From: Candidatus Pacearchaeota archaeon
GTDB lineage: Archaea; Nanobdellota; Nanobdellia; Pacearchaeales; JAPDKA01
Direction of reading: 5' to 3'
NCBI GenBank assembly: GCA_038840695.1
Contig: JAWBVE010000001.1
Span: forward strand, 44,896-108,895
Length of the DNA: 64,000 nt
The stretch's first letter is position 1. Each line of letters starts with the position of its first letter. Positions 35,291-45,257 of this stretch are shown here, one piece after another. Under the pieces are notes generated by a model, which searched no databases, was not told the origin of the DNA, and saw only the letters and a program-made list of their open reading frames with translations. The translations under genes and the position numbers were made by a program.

Positions 35291-35333
35291 TTTGCTGTTT
35301 GCTCTTTTTTCCTTTTCCTCTTTTCCCCTCTTT

Positions 35334-35576
35334 TTATTTTTTTATGTGAAACTTTTTTATAATCTTTTCTATTCTTGCGAGCATTTCTTTTTTGAGCCCA
35401 ATAAAAAATCCTCCTTCCTTGCCTTGACAATAAGTCACTTCTCCTGGCTTTATTATTTCATTAAGCAAGGGATGCTCTACATCTATGTGTGTTATCCTTG
35501 CTCTACTTTTGCCTTTTTCATGTATATAAACTACAGCTCCTTTCAAAGCATATTTTCCTTCACCAGGCCCAGCCAT
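35334..35576 (-). CDS. Hypothetical small protein
   Basis: 80-aa ORF with normal composition. No motif recognised. Confidence 0.4.
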   Translation of the reverse strand: MAGPGEGKYALKGAVVYIHEKGKSRARITHIDVEHPLLNEIIKPGEVTYCQGKEGGFFIGLKKEMLARIEKIIKKFHIKK

Positions 35577-35607
35577 TTTGCATTTTCATTTTCATGCATT
35601 TTCATTT

Positions 35608-36282
35608 TCATATTCTCTCCATGAGCCCGACTATAAGCAAGAGATATGCAAGCAAATAAGCTTCAATACCATAAAGATATTTTGCTGAAATAAAAAGCTG
35701 ACGAATTGCAGCAAGCTCTTGAGTAGAAAAAAGAAAAATGAAAATTCCAATGAAAGCAATTCCAGCTATAATTAAAAATATTAAGTTAATCTTTTTTGTG
35801 TCGTAGATCATAGCTATGATATTGAAAATAAGGCATGGAAGGCCGAGCAAAACAAAGCATGCCCATATCAAATTAACATGAGGCCTTAACATTAAGCCAA
35901 AAAGATAATAAAAAATAAATATCAAAGATGGAATAAAAAATTTTATTCTTGAAATTTTAAAAACTCCTTCAGCCGGAGCTTCAACTTTTTTCTTCTTCTC
36001 TTCAAGTTTTTCTTCTATCTTGATTGGAGCGAGTGGCTTGGCTGCAGGAAGTGAAGGTGGAAGCTCTGCTCGAGTAGCAGGCACAGCAGGCACAGCAGGC
36101 GCAGCTGGAGCTGCTGGAGCCGATGGAATCCTAAGCCCTTTCTTTTCAGCAAGGATTTGATTTGCAACTTCTATTATATCCTTTTTCTCATAGCCAGCTT
36201 GAATCAAGCTAATAATTGCATCATTTAAATTTTCCCCTCTTTCAAGAGCATGCAGCAAAGCGTATTTTATTTCTTCTTTCAT
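35608..36282 (-). CDS. Membrane protein with Pro/Ala-rich linker
   Basis: 224 aa. Soluble N-terminal domain, the linker PSAPAAPAAPAVPAVPATRAELPPSLPAAKPLAP, then 4 TM helices. Confidence 0.55.
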   Translation of the reverse strand: MKEEIKYALLHALERGENLNDAIISLIQAGYEKKDIIEVANQILAEKKGLRIPSAPAAPAAPAVPAVPATRAELPPSLPAAKPLAPIKIEEKLEEKKKKVEAPAEGVFKISRIKFFIPSLIFIFYYLFGLMLRPHVNLIWACFVLLGLPCLIFNIIAMIYDTKKINLIFLIIAGIAFIGIFIFLFSTQELAAIRQLFISAKYLYGIEAYLLAYLLLIVGLMERI

Positions 36283-36504
36283 TTTTCAAAAGCATATGCA
36301 AGATATGCAAGCATTGTATTATTTATTTGACTTTCCTTTTTTTATTTAATTTTTTATTTAATTGTGTTTTTTTATTTTTCAAGAGTATTCTTTCACTTTT
36401 ATATTTTTTTAATCATTATTCTTTGCAGATACCTTCCTTCTTATATTCTCATTTAAGTATATTTAATTTTGATTTAATTTAAGAAGTTGGTCTATTTTAT
36501 TTAT

Positions 36505-39033
36505 TCAATCTTCGATATCAATTCCCAACTGTTTAAGGGCTTCTTTTATTTTATTTTCATAGTCTTCCTTCTCTATAGACCCCCCGTGTGCAACTATCTT
36601 AATCTCTACATCATCAAACTTAGATTGAATATAATTTAAGAGCCCTAAAATTTGAGAAACCCTGCCTTTAGGAATCTTTATCAAAGGTAATTCTAATCTC
36701 GTGATAGTTTCTTTTTGCGATTTCTCATCAACTGCAGTTTCATTTTTTACTTTTTCTTCTAATAGCTTATCCTCAGGCTTAGCTTCAAATTCTCTCTCGC
36801 AGATTGTACTATCTATTAAAATTTCATTTTCACTGAATCCAACAGTAGGATTTTTTTTCCAATAAACTGGGATTATTTTTCCATCTTTTAATTCACCAAG
36901 CCCAAAAATTCCTTGCATTACCCCTTCTTTGATAGATTCTTCTAAAGCCAATTTGCTTAAAATCCTGTCCTCACCAAGGGTCTTTAAGGAGTTTTCATAG
37001 ATGTTCTTAGTAGAAACATATTTTCTTCCTTCAAGATATCTTCCTTTAATTGCTAGAGGTCCAATTTTTTCGATTATGATCTTTTCTGACTTGAGCTTTT
37101 CAAATACGTCGGCAGGAAGATTTATTTCAAATCCATATGTGGGAATGCCTAAGTCTAACTCTTCTAATTTGTTTTTTTGTGGAACATAAATAAGACGATA
37201 GACTTCTCTTATTTTTAATTTTATATTTTCCTCTTCTTTCTTTAGAGAATTTTTAATCTCAAGTTTTTGCTCTTCAGATAGCTTAAGTGATCTGTCTATT
37301 TGCAAATCTTCAAATGCAATTTTTCTTTTTAAAGAATTTTGTAATTCTTGTTTTTTTGATTCTACTGGAGCCAAAAAGAAAATAGTATTTCTATTAACTC
37401 TCTTAGAATTTCCTTTATTTTCTATTATATCTTTTATGAAAGTTTTATTGTTTTGTTTTAAGATAACTAATTTTAGGTTTGTATCATCAGGGATGTCATT
37501 TGAATTTTCTGGCCATAAGTAAGTTTTAAGCTTACCCTCTTTGATACAATTTTTGAGGTATTCAAATTCCTGTTCCTCAACAGTATAATCTTCTATATTC
37601 TCCATTTTATTTAACAAAATGCGATTAATGTTAGGTTGATTTGTGAAAAATATTTTTCCATCTTGATACTGTAGATAGAACAATCTTTCTTTTAACATAT
37701 TTACTGCTTCAGAAACTATGCTGGAAGGGATATCAAAATAAGATAATGAATAAGATAATAACCTTTTGATTTCATTTATATTTGTGCCTTTTTCTGGTCC
37801 TCCAGAAAATGAGTAAAGGAATATTGTTGTAGAACAACGTGTTCCCAACTGTAAGCCTTTGTAACTTTCTCCTAAAGAATTATCCACTTGCTTTGAACCA
37901 GAATTTTTATCAGTTATGTCAGCAGCAATCACACTATCAAATTCATTTCCAATATGTTTCAACAACTCTCTTCTTATCTCTGGATTTTTTAGATTAACGT
38001 CAGCTAAAGATATATAACTTATGTTTTGATTTTTAAGATTGTAAAGGACTAACGACAATAATCTAAGAACACCTCTGGTCCTTTGAAATGTTGGAAAACT
38101 GCCCCATCTGTGATAAAAACATTCAATAACCTCTGGCATAAATGGGTAAGATTCATTAAATTTTTTCTTATACTCGGATGGTTCTACGCCTGGTGGTAGA
38201 ATGTTTTCTTTTTTTAAATAATCGACAATATCAGACACTATTTTCTTAGCTTCATTCTCATCTATTTGTGAAAACAACCTTTTTCTTATGATGCTCGATA
38301 TTTCATCTTCTTCTACAGGAGTATATGATTTTTCAACTCTTCCTAATCTTTCTGATAGCAGGTTAAGCAAGTGTTGATCTTCTTCACTATATTGAGTTCT
38401 AGAAGGGGAGGTTACGAGCAAAATACATTTGTCAAGAGAGCTAACAGCCTCTGTTAATCTTTTTATAAAAGATAATACTTGAGAATCAAAAGTAGATTCA
38501 CCAACTTTTATGCCTCTTGCCGGAATTAGATATTCAACAAGTTCATCAATCAACAACATAACTGGCTGTTTAGATTTTAGAATTTGTCTTATCTTTTCAC
38601 CAGATGGAACTATTCTTCCCTTAAGCTCTTTCACTTTTCCTGTGAGTTGTCTTTCCAATTCCTCCCAGATTATCGTGTCGGAAGGAGAAAGTTTATCGCC
38701 AACAAATACAAAAACATTTGATTTCCACTCTTTAGCTTTGTGATAAAGGCCTATTAACGCGTGTGTTTTTCCTCCTCCAAATGGTGTCTGTAATTGAATT
38801 ACTGGATCACCCCCTTTGCCTTTTAATCTTTTTTCTACTACCTTGTACAAATTGTCTAAACCTTTTGTAACAAAAGTCTTTTTGAAAAATGTTTCAGCAT
38901 CTTTGTATTCATCAGGACCCCGTCTATTGAAAACTTCCCATAAATCAGCAGCAAAGATGTCCATTGTTAGTCTACCTTCTAGTATATCGCTATGCGGAAC
39001 TGCTATTGTATGAAATGGCTTCATTTTATCCAC
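36505..39033 (-). CDS. DUF499-family P-loop ATPase (third gene of helicase-methylase-ATPase operon)
   Basis: The N-terminus FHTIAVPHSDILEGRLTMDIFAADLWEV...FFKKTFVTKGL...LQTPFGGGKTHAL (Walker A) and PVMLLIDELVEYL (Walker B) match DUF499/COG1483 as I recall it. The alternative start ATG 39024 forms an ATGA overlap with the methylase stop. Confidence 0.8.
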   Translation of the reverse strand: MDKMKPFHTIAVPHSDILEGRLTMDIFAADLWEVFNRRGPDEYKDAETFFKKTFVTKGLDNLYKVVEKRLKGKGGDPVIQLQTPFGGGKTHALIGLYHKAKEWKSNVFVFVGDKLSPSDTIIWEELERQLTGKVKELKGRIVPSGEKIRQILKSKQPVMLLIDELVEYLIPARGIKVGESTFDSQVLSFIKRLTEAVSSLDKCILLVTSPSRTQYSEEDQHLLNLLSERLGRVEKSYTPVEEDEISSIIRKRLFSQIDENEAKKIVSDIVDYLKKENILPPGVEPSEYKKKFNESYPFMPEVIECFYHRWGSFPTFQRTRGVLRLLSLVLYNLKNQNISYISLADVNLKNPEIRRELLKHIGNEFDSVIAADITDKNSGSKQVDNSLGESYKGLQLGTRCSTTIFLYSFSGGPEKGTNINEIKRLLSYSLSYFDIPSSIVSEAVNMLKERLFYLQYQDGKIFFTNQPNINRILLNKMENIEDYTVEEQEFEYLKNCIKEGKLKTYLWPENSNDIPDDTNLKLVILKQNNKTFIKDIIENKGNSKRVNRNTIFFLAPVESKKQELQNSLKRKIAFEDLQIDRSLKLSEEQKLEIKNSLKKEEENIKLKIREVYRLIYVPQKNKLEELDLGIPTYGFEINLPADVFEKLKSEKIIIEKIGPLAIKGRYLEGRKYVSTKNIYENSLKTLGEDRILSKLALEESIKEGVMQGIFGLGELKDGKIIPVYWKKNPTVGFSENEILIDSTICEREFEAKPEDKLLEEKVKNETAVDEKSQKETITRLELPLIKIPKGRVSQILGLLNYIQSKFDDVEIKIVAHGGSIEKEDYENKIKEALKQLGIDIED

Positions 39034-41708
39034 CCGCCTAATTTACTTTGAGTTTTTAAGTTTTTAATTTTTTCCATTAGTCTTTCCTTCATGCCTGAAG
39101 GGAAACACCCCTCTAATAATTTTTTTTCTTTGCTTTCATTAGGTAAGCATTGAGTTATTGCTTGAACTACTCTGTAAAATGCTTCACTGTTACCATAAGA
39201 CTCTGAAAGCTTCTTTAATAATTTTTCTTTATCTCCTTTCTCCCATAAGAGCAAAACATAATGCAGAACATCTATCAACTCTTCAGACTTTTCTAAATCT
39301 TTTATGTCTCTTTCTTTTGGACCTAAAACTCTTATGAATTCCTTTTCTTTTCTTATGAATCCTTTATTCCACTCTCTTTCAAGGTTTATCCCAAAGCTTT
39401 GTGCAAGTTTTCTTGCTTCATCAAAATGAACTTTTGCTTCACCAAAATTCCACCTCCACAAAACATAAAATCTTGTTAATGGTGAAACTTCTCCTGTAAA
39501 GCCATCGTGAAGAATTTGTCTAACTGCAAAATTAGCTGTAATCTCTCTAATCTCTTCCAATAGTTTGTCTGCCTTTACTTCTTTACCTTCATCATCAATA
39601 ACTTTCTCATATTTTCCAAAAACCTCAATTCCTGCACCAATTGCAGCAATAAAGAAGTCTGCTCCAGAAATTCCTTCTTGCCACAATCTTTCAAGCTTTT
39701 TATCAAGATAATCTCTTAATTCTCTTCTTACTTTTGGATATAAACCAATGCCTTTCTTTTGGATTTTTCTGGCAACGATGTAGATTGATGATTGAAGTGC
39801 TGCAGTTTCTTTAGCCAACAATCTGGATTTCATCTCTGTGCTAATAGGCCAAGATGCTGTTATAGTTAAACCAGATTCTAAAAGAGCATTTATAATAGTT
39901 TCCCAACCAGCAGTTGTTTTGTGAGCATAAACAATAATAGCAATACTATTTGGTTTTAAAACCCTATAGATTTCCTGGAAAGCTTTTTTGATCATGTCCT
40001 CAAAAAATTTTTTTGCTTTTTCACTATTTCCTTGTCTTATAGGATTTGAAACTATTTCTTCAGATTTTGGAGTTAATGGCGTCATAAACAAATCAGGATA
40101 TAAATCACCAATACTTCTTTTAAGCCATACATAAAAGAAATCAGAAAGTTCAGCATAATTAATATTGTCATAATACGGCGGATCTGTGAAAACCGCATCA
40201 AAAAAGTTGTCAGGATAGGGTAGAGAGGTAGCTGAGGATTGAGTGACTATTGTTTTTTCTTTAATATATAAATTATTCTCTAAAAAGAGATTTATCCAAT
40301 CGAAATTAGATTTCCAACCGAATGAAATTCCTATCGGATTTGTTTCAGTATAATCATAAATAAAAGGTATAGCCTGTCTTCCAAAAATCATTGACGGCAA
40401 CTCTCTCCCATTGTGCCAAGATTGAAATGAAGTATCATAACTTGCTAATCTATCTATCCCTAATCCCAAATAACTCCCCACGGCCCTTACATACTCTTCT
40501 TCATATCCTTCTTCAAGCATCTTCTTGTATGCAAGCCTTACCTTCTCTGTAAAAGTTATCAATGCTAACTTCTGCCGTGAGTTGAAAAGGTCACCCCATT
40601 TTGTTATACCATATCCTCTACCTGCAACTGTTGTTGGATCATTTACATTCATCTCTTCATCAGGCACAGGATCAAAGCCCCATTCTTCCATTAGATGTTG
40701 TCTTTTCTTTTCCAAATATTTCTCTGCTTTTTCGTAAGCTTCTAAATCTTTTCCTGTTGCTATTCTGTAGAATTTTCCTTGTTTTTTTGGATTATGTAAA
40801 ACAACAGCAACCATTCTCTGTCCAGCTCTGCCTTCTTGGAATTGTTTTCTAACATCTTTATCAGAAACAACATTCCCACAAACCAAGCAAGTTGCTATTG
40901 CTCTTGCAACAGTTCCTTTTTCAGGATCAAAATCTTTGGGTATTTTTTCATAACCAGTTCCAACAATCTTGAATTCTACTTTCTTACCTTTAACATAAGG
41001 ATAGAGAGAAATTTGTCTTCCTGGTTTTTTAGCAAGCCAGAATTGTCTCATTAAAGGAATCTCTGCCTCACATCTTGGATTTTGACATTTTATTGTTCTT
41101 GCCCAGATATAACCAACAGGAATACTTTCTTCAACTGATTTTCCAAAATGGGTTTTCTTTTCTTCTTTATCATTAGGATAGAATTGTGCTAATTCTTTCT
41201 TTGCTTCTTCTAAAACCCAATCTCCCCACTTCTTAACATCTTTTACAAGCTTTTCGCCATATTTTTGAGGATATTCCAAAGTGCATTTTTCAATTAAAAC
41301 TGCTACAGGATTATAATCATTAGCATAAGTTTCACAACCAAGCCTTAAGGCTTCTAATGGAATGCTTCCACCACCAGCAAAAGGATCAAGAACTTTTGGT
41401 GGTTTTCTATTATTAGCTTCCAAAATATCTTTTCTTGCCCTCTCTATCAAGTTTTTATTGTTAGAATTCTCCCATTTGCATAATTCAATAATAAAATTTC
41501 TTTTTTTGTTCCATTCTTCATTATTTTTTGCTGCAGGAATCAAAGCAGCATAAGCAGTTGCTCTTGAACTTGCTAAAGGACGGCGAGCCCACCAAATATG
41601 TAAAGTGGATATATGACCGTGTCTTATATTTTTCTCTTTAGCAGATTCTTCTGAAACTTCTTTAACAGGAAAACTTTCTTCAATAAATCTTTTATCCATT
41701 TTTTTCAC
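39021..41708 (-). CDS. DUF1156-type DNA methyltransferase (N6-adenine/N4-cytosine) with Zn ribbon
   Basis: N-terminal FIEESFPVKEVSEES...STLHIWWARRPLASSRA (DUF1156). Motif I LDPFAGGGSIPLEALRLG, motif IV FTDPPYYDNINY, and Cys4 CQNPRC...CLVCGN. Confidence 0.85.
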   Translation of the reverse strand: MKKMDKRFIEESFPVKEVSEESAKEKNIRHGHISTLHIWWARRPLASSRATAYAALIPAAKNNEEWNKKRNFIIELCKWENSNNKNLIERARKDILEANNRKPPKVLDPFAGGGSIPLEALRLGCETYANDYNPVAVLIEKCTLEYPQKYGEKLVKDVKKWGDWVLEEAKKELAQFYPNDKEEKKTHFGKSVEESIPVGYIWARTIKCQNPRCEAEIPLMRQFWLAKKPGRQISLYPYVKGKKVEFKIVGTGYEKIPKDFDPEKGTVARAIATCLVCGNVVSDKDVRKQFQEGRAGQRMVAVVLHNPKKQGKFYRIATGKDLEAYEKAEKYLEKKRQHLMEEWGFDPVPDEEMNVNDPTTVAGRGYGITKWGDLFNSRQKLALITFTEKVRLAYKKMLEEGYEEEYVRAVGSYLGLGIDRLASYDTSFQSWHNGRELPSMIFGRQAIPFIYDYTETNPIGISFGWKSNFDWINLFLENNLYIKEKTIVTQSSATSLPYPDNFFDAVFTDPPYYDNINYAELSDFFYVWLKRSIGDLYPDLFMTPLTPKSEEIVSNPIRQGNSEKAKKFFEDMIKKAFQEIYRVLKPNSIAIIVYAHKTTAGWETIINALLESGLTITASWPISTEMKSRLLAKETAALQSSIYIVARKIQKKGIGLYPKVRRELRDYLDKKLERLWQEGISGADFFIAAIGAGIEVFGKYEKVIDDEGKEVKADKLLEEIREITANFAVRQILHDGFTGEVSPLTRFYVLWRWNFGEAKVHFDEARKLAQSFGINLEREWNKGFIRKEKEFIRVLGPKERDIKDLEKSEELIDVLHYVLLLWEKGDKEKLLKKLSESYGNSEAFYRVVQAITQCLPNESKEKKLLEGCFPSGMKERLMEKIKNLKTQSKLGGWIK

Positions 41709-44700
41709 TTTTCTCCTTAATTTGGTTTAATGTAATAAGATATCTTACAATCTCAATTTTCTCTTCTGGGTTCAAATTTTTTGCAGGATTTTGGATGATG
41801 TGTAATTCCGGCTTTTTTGCACAATTGAAAACAACATATAAGTAATAATCATCCCCAAATCTCTGCGCTTTAAACCACTCGTTTTGTGTTAAAACTATGC
41901 TTCCAACATCTGCCCTTGCCTTAACTTCAATGTATCTAATTTTACCTTCTTTATCGTAAGACCTTATATCAAATCCAAGGTTCTCAGAAGACACATCTTC
42001 AGGATTTCTACCATTAACTCTTTCATATTTCATAGCTTCTTCCATTCCTATTCTTTCAATTTCCTCATCACTTTTCATGTAATCAGAAACAGTTTCTGCT
42101 GGTTTTACTCTAATAATTCCAACAAATTTTGGCATATCCATAGTTAATGTTTGCTCTCTTTCTATTCGGTCTTTTAATTCTTCCAATGCTTTATGATATT
42201 TTTTCAATTGCTCTTCTTTATTTCTTATAGCTAAATCAACATTTTCTCCCCTTTCCTTTCTTTCATGAAGCTCAATTATCTCCCCATCTAACTTAACAAG
42301 AAAATATTCTAATGACTTTATTCCATATTTTTCTTTGATTTTTGCCTCTCTCTGCCTTTCTTCTAATTTCTGTTTTTTATAATTCTCCATTTCAGAAATG
42401 ACTTTTGAAACAATCCTCTGTTCTGTTGGTTCAATATTAATTTGCTCTTTTTGGGTATCTCCTTCAACAAGATCCCATAAAATTGTTGGAGCTACCGATT
42501 CAACTTCATTTTGATTAACATAGATTGAAAAAAGTTTTTTGCCCACGATATTGTTTAAACCGTCCTTTATTTCGCCTTCATAAAAGACAATATATCCATC
42601 AAGCCGCCCTTCAGGATCAATAAACACTGCACCTTTTTTCAAATCATTACTGCATGTTCTTTCTACATATTCAAGAACTGCTTCAAATAAGGGATGGCCA
42701 AAAGATACAAATTCAGCATCAGGATTATTAAATGCAATATCCTTATCAAAAGTAATCTTTGGATATGATTTTAGCAAAGAACCAAATTTTCTTCTAAAGT
42801 AATCCTCCTCAGCTATAACTCTAATATCATAAGGAATAGATTCAATTGTAAGGAATCCATCTTTTCTTATTTTAAATTTTCCTCCAGCAAATGAAAATGC
42901 TTTTTTAAAGAATGCTTCTGTGTATTCTGGGATTAACTTATATTCTCTAGCTTTATTAGCCATTTCTTTGATTCTAGTGTAATCAATATATCGAGAAGCA
43001 AGACTTTCGCCCAGATTATCTTTAACTTTTGAGATATAAGCTTCATCGACTTTAATATCAATTTCTTTGAGAATTTCTTCTCTACTTCTAGCACCTGCAG
43101 CAGCTTCTATAAGCAATTGTTGCAAATTTTTTCCAAAGAAAACTTCCCCAATTACATCAAATACTTTGTCACTACCTAAAACATTCTTTATTTCTTCTAA
43201 TTTATCAAATATTCTACTCAGAACTTCCCCTTCTCTTGTATCTTGAGCAACAAGGTTAAAAACAAAAACTTCGTATTTCTGACCATATCTGTGAATTCTT
43301 CCCATCCTTTGTTCTAGTCTGTTGGGATTCCAAGGAATATCATAATTTATCATTAAATTACAAAACTGAAGGTTGATACCTTCACCAGCAGCCTCTGTGG
43401 CTACCAATATTTGTTTCTCATTTTTGAATATTTTTTCTGCTTCTATTCTTTGATTTAAATTCATTCCACCATGTATGGTTACGGTGGTATAACCCCACTG
43501 CCTGATCTTTTTTTCAAGATACTCTAAAGTATCACGAGACTCTGTAAATACGATGACTTTTTTATTAGGATATTTTTTGTTTAAATCTTCTAAAGTCCTT
43601 TTTAACTCCTTTAATTTTACTTCAGATTCTTCTTTTACTATTATTTTGGCCTTCTCGATAAGATTTTTCAAAGTTTCTATCTCTTTCCTTAATTCCTCCT
43701 TGTTTTCTGCAACACTCAAAGTTTCCCACAATTCTTCTTCTTTCCATCTATCTTCCTCACTTAAATCTTCGACTGCTTCAAAATCAAAAATATCGGATTC
43801 GAATTTTATCTTAGAATCAGCTTTTTTCTCTAATTCTTCTAGCTTTGCCTTTCTTCTTTCGAGAGAATTTAGTAGTGCATAAACACTCGAAGCCAATCTT
43901 CTTTGTAGAATAACAAGAGCAAAAGCAATATTCCTCTTCTTTTCTTTAGCTAATGCTTTATTATATTGCTCATTAACGTACTTTGATACTTCATTATAAA
44001 GATGTTTTTCTTTTTCAGATAAATTGAATTTAAGAGTTTTAATATATCTTGGTAGAAATAATGGTTCTCCATTGAAACCTTTCAAATCTTCTTTTATTCT
44101 TCTTATGAAAAGCGGATTATCCTTGTTTTCAATAGACTGTTGTAGCATTTCACTAGTCGCAAAAAAACCAGGCTCTAATAAGTCTATAAATAATCTAAAG
44201 TTCTCTGGGTCTCCTTTATGTGGTGTGGCAGTAAGAAAAAGCAGGTTATCAGAATTTCTAGAAAGAATTTCACCAAGTCTATACCTACGGGTTCTTTGTG
44301 TTTTTTCACCATAGATATAAGCACTCATTTTATGGGCTTCATCTACTATAACTAAATCAAAATGAGTAGCTATTAATGATGGTAGTATATCATCTTGTTT
44401 TGCAAAATCTATAGAAGTTATAATTTGATTTTCCTTCTCCCAAACATTTTCTCCATAATGAGCATCAACAAATCCTCTATCAATTACAACAAAACTTTCT
44501 TCAAATCTTTCTTTCATTTCTCTTCTCCATTGATCTTTTAAATGACCTGGAACAACAATTAAAATTCTTCTGATGAGGTTTCTCAATTTTAATTCTTTAA
44601 CTATCAAGCCAGCCATGATTGTTTTGCCAGCACCAGGATCATCTGCAATAAGAAATCTTATTCTTGGTAATTTTAGAATATAACCATAGACTGCTTCGAT

Positions 44701-45018
44701 TTGATGAGGAAGCGGGTCTACTTTTGAGACATTAAGAGCTAAAAATGGATCGTAAAGAGATGCGTATCTATATCTTTTCCCTTCTAACGCCAAAAATACT
44801 TTATGTGGTTTGCTTAAAAAATCACTTTCGATTTTTTCAAGAGCAAGGTTGTTGATCTCATTTAAAGGAATCAGTTGATCTATATGAGTTCCTGAATGAA
44901 TTGTAGAACCTACGATACGGATGTAATCTTCTAATTTATCGATTCTCTTAATTTCGATTGGTTCTTTCCATCTTTTACTTCTTACGATTGTACCAACTTT
45001 TAATTCTTCAACCTCCAT
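41692..45018 (-). CDS. SNF2-family helicase fused to C-terminal DUF3883/PD-(D/E)xK-like nuclease domain
   Basis: Helicase motifs: LIADDPGAGKTIMAG (motif I), DLVIVDEAHKM (DEAH), LLFLTATPHKG, ILVATEAAGEGINLQ, and NYDIPWNPNRLEQRMGRIHRYGQ (motif VI). C-terminus: GFDIRSYD...IRYIEVKAR...VLTQNEW...DDYYLYVV. The track uses TTG 45027; I prefer ATG 45018. Confidence 0.85.
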   Translation of the reverse strand: MEVEELKVGTIVRSKRWKEPIEIKRIDKLEDYIRIVGSTIHSGTHIDQLIPLNEINNLALEKIESDFLSKPHKVFLALEGKRYRYASLYDPFLALNVSKVDPLPHQIEAVYGYILKLPRIRFLIADDPGAGKTIMAGLIVKELKLRNLIRRILIVVPGHLKDQWRREMKERFEESFVVIDRGFVDAHYGENVWEKENQIITSIDFAKQDDILPSLIATHFDLVIVDEAHKMSAYIYGEKTQRTRRYRLGEILSRNSDNLLFLTATPHKGDPENFRLFIDLLEPGFFATSEMLQQSIENKDNPLFIRRIKEDLKGFNGEPLFLPRYIKTLKFNLSEKEKHLYNEVSKYVNEQYNKALAKEKKRNIAFALVILQRRLASSVYALLNSLERRKAKLEELEKKADSKIKFESDIFDFEAVEDLSEEDRWKEEELWETLSVAENKEELRKEIETLKNLIEKAKIIVKEESEVKLKELKRTLEDLNKKYPNKKVIVFTESRDTLEYLEKKIRQWGYTTVTIHGGMNLNQRIEAEKIFKNEKQILVATEAAGEGINLQFCNLMINYDIPWNPNRLEQRMGRIHRYGQKYEVFVFNLVAQDTREGEVLSRIFDKLEEIKNVLGSDKVFDVIGEVFFGKNLQQLLIEAAAGARSREEILKEIDIKVDEAYISKVKDNLGESLASRYIDYTRIKEMANKAREYKLIPEYTEAFFKKAFSFAGGKFKIRKDGFLTIESIPYDIRVIAEEDYFRRKFGSLLKSYPKITFDKDIAFNNPDAEFVSFGHPLFEAVLEYVERTCSNDLKKGAVFIDPEGRLDGYIVFYEGEIKDGLNNIVGKKLFSIYVNQNEVESVAPTILWDLVEGDTQKEQINIEPTEQRIVSKVISEMENYKKQKLEERQREAKIKEKYGIKSLEYFLVKLDGEIIELHERKERGENVDLAIRNKEEQLKKYHKALEELKDRIEREQTLTMDMPKFVGIIRVKPAETVSDYMKSDEEIERIGMEEAMKYERVNGRNPEDVSSENLGFDIRSYDKEGKIRYIEVKARADVGSIVLTQNEWFKAQRFGDDYYLYVVFNCAKKPELHIIQNPAKNLNPEEKIEIVRYLITLNQIKEKSEKNG

Positions 45019-45023
45019 TTTTC

Positions 45024-45257
45024 TCAACCTTTAGACATTTCTTTAGTAGCTTCTTCAGGGCTTATTAACTTGTATAACCTCTTTCTTGAGTCTTCAGGGA
45101 ACCAACCCCTTTGTTTCATTTCAGATAAAATAATACTTACCATCTTATCTTTATTTAATATTTTGGAAGTCTCTTCATAATTAAATTCTTTATTTTTAAA
45201 CTTAGTCCAGAGTTTCTAATACGCTTTCATTATCAACCTAGGTAAAGGTTCTACCAT
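45024..45257 (-). pseudogene. Small leader ORF of the defence operon interrupted by an in-frame TAG
   Basis: Hand translation gives MVEPLPRLIMKAY*KLWTKFKNKEFNYEETSKILNKDKMVSIILSEMKQRGWFPEDSRKRLYKLISPEEATKEMSKG*. The TAG is at 45216-45218. The TGA stop lies 5 nt before the helicase ATG. TATA-like TTATAAATA and TTTATAAA sit just upstream. Confidence 0.35.
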
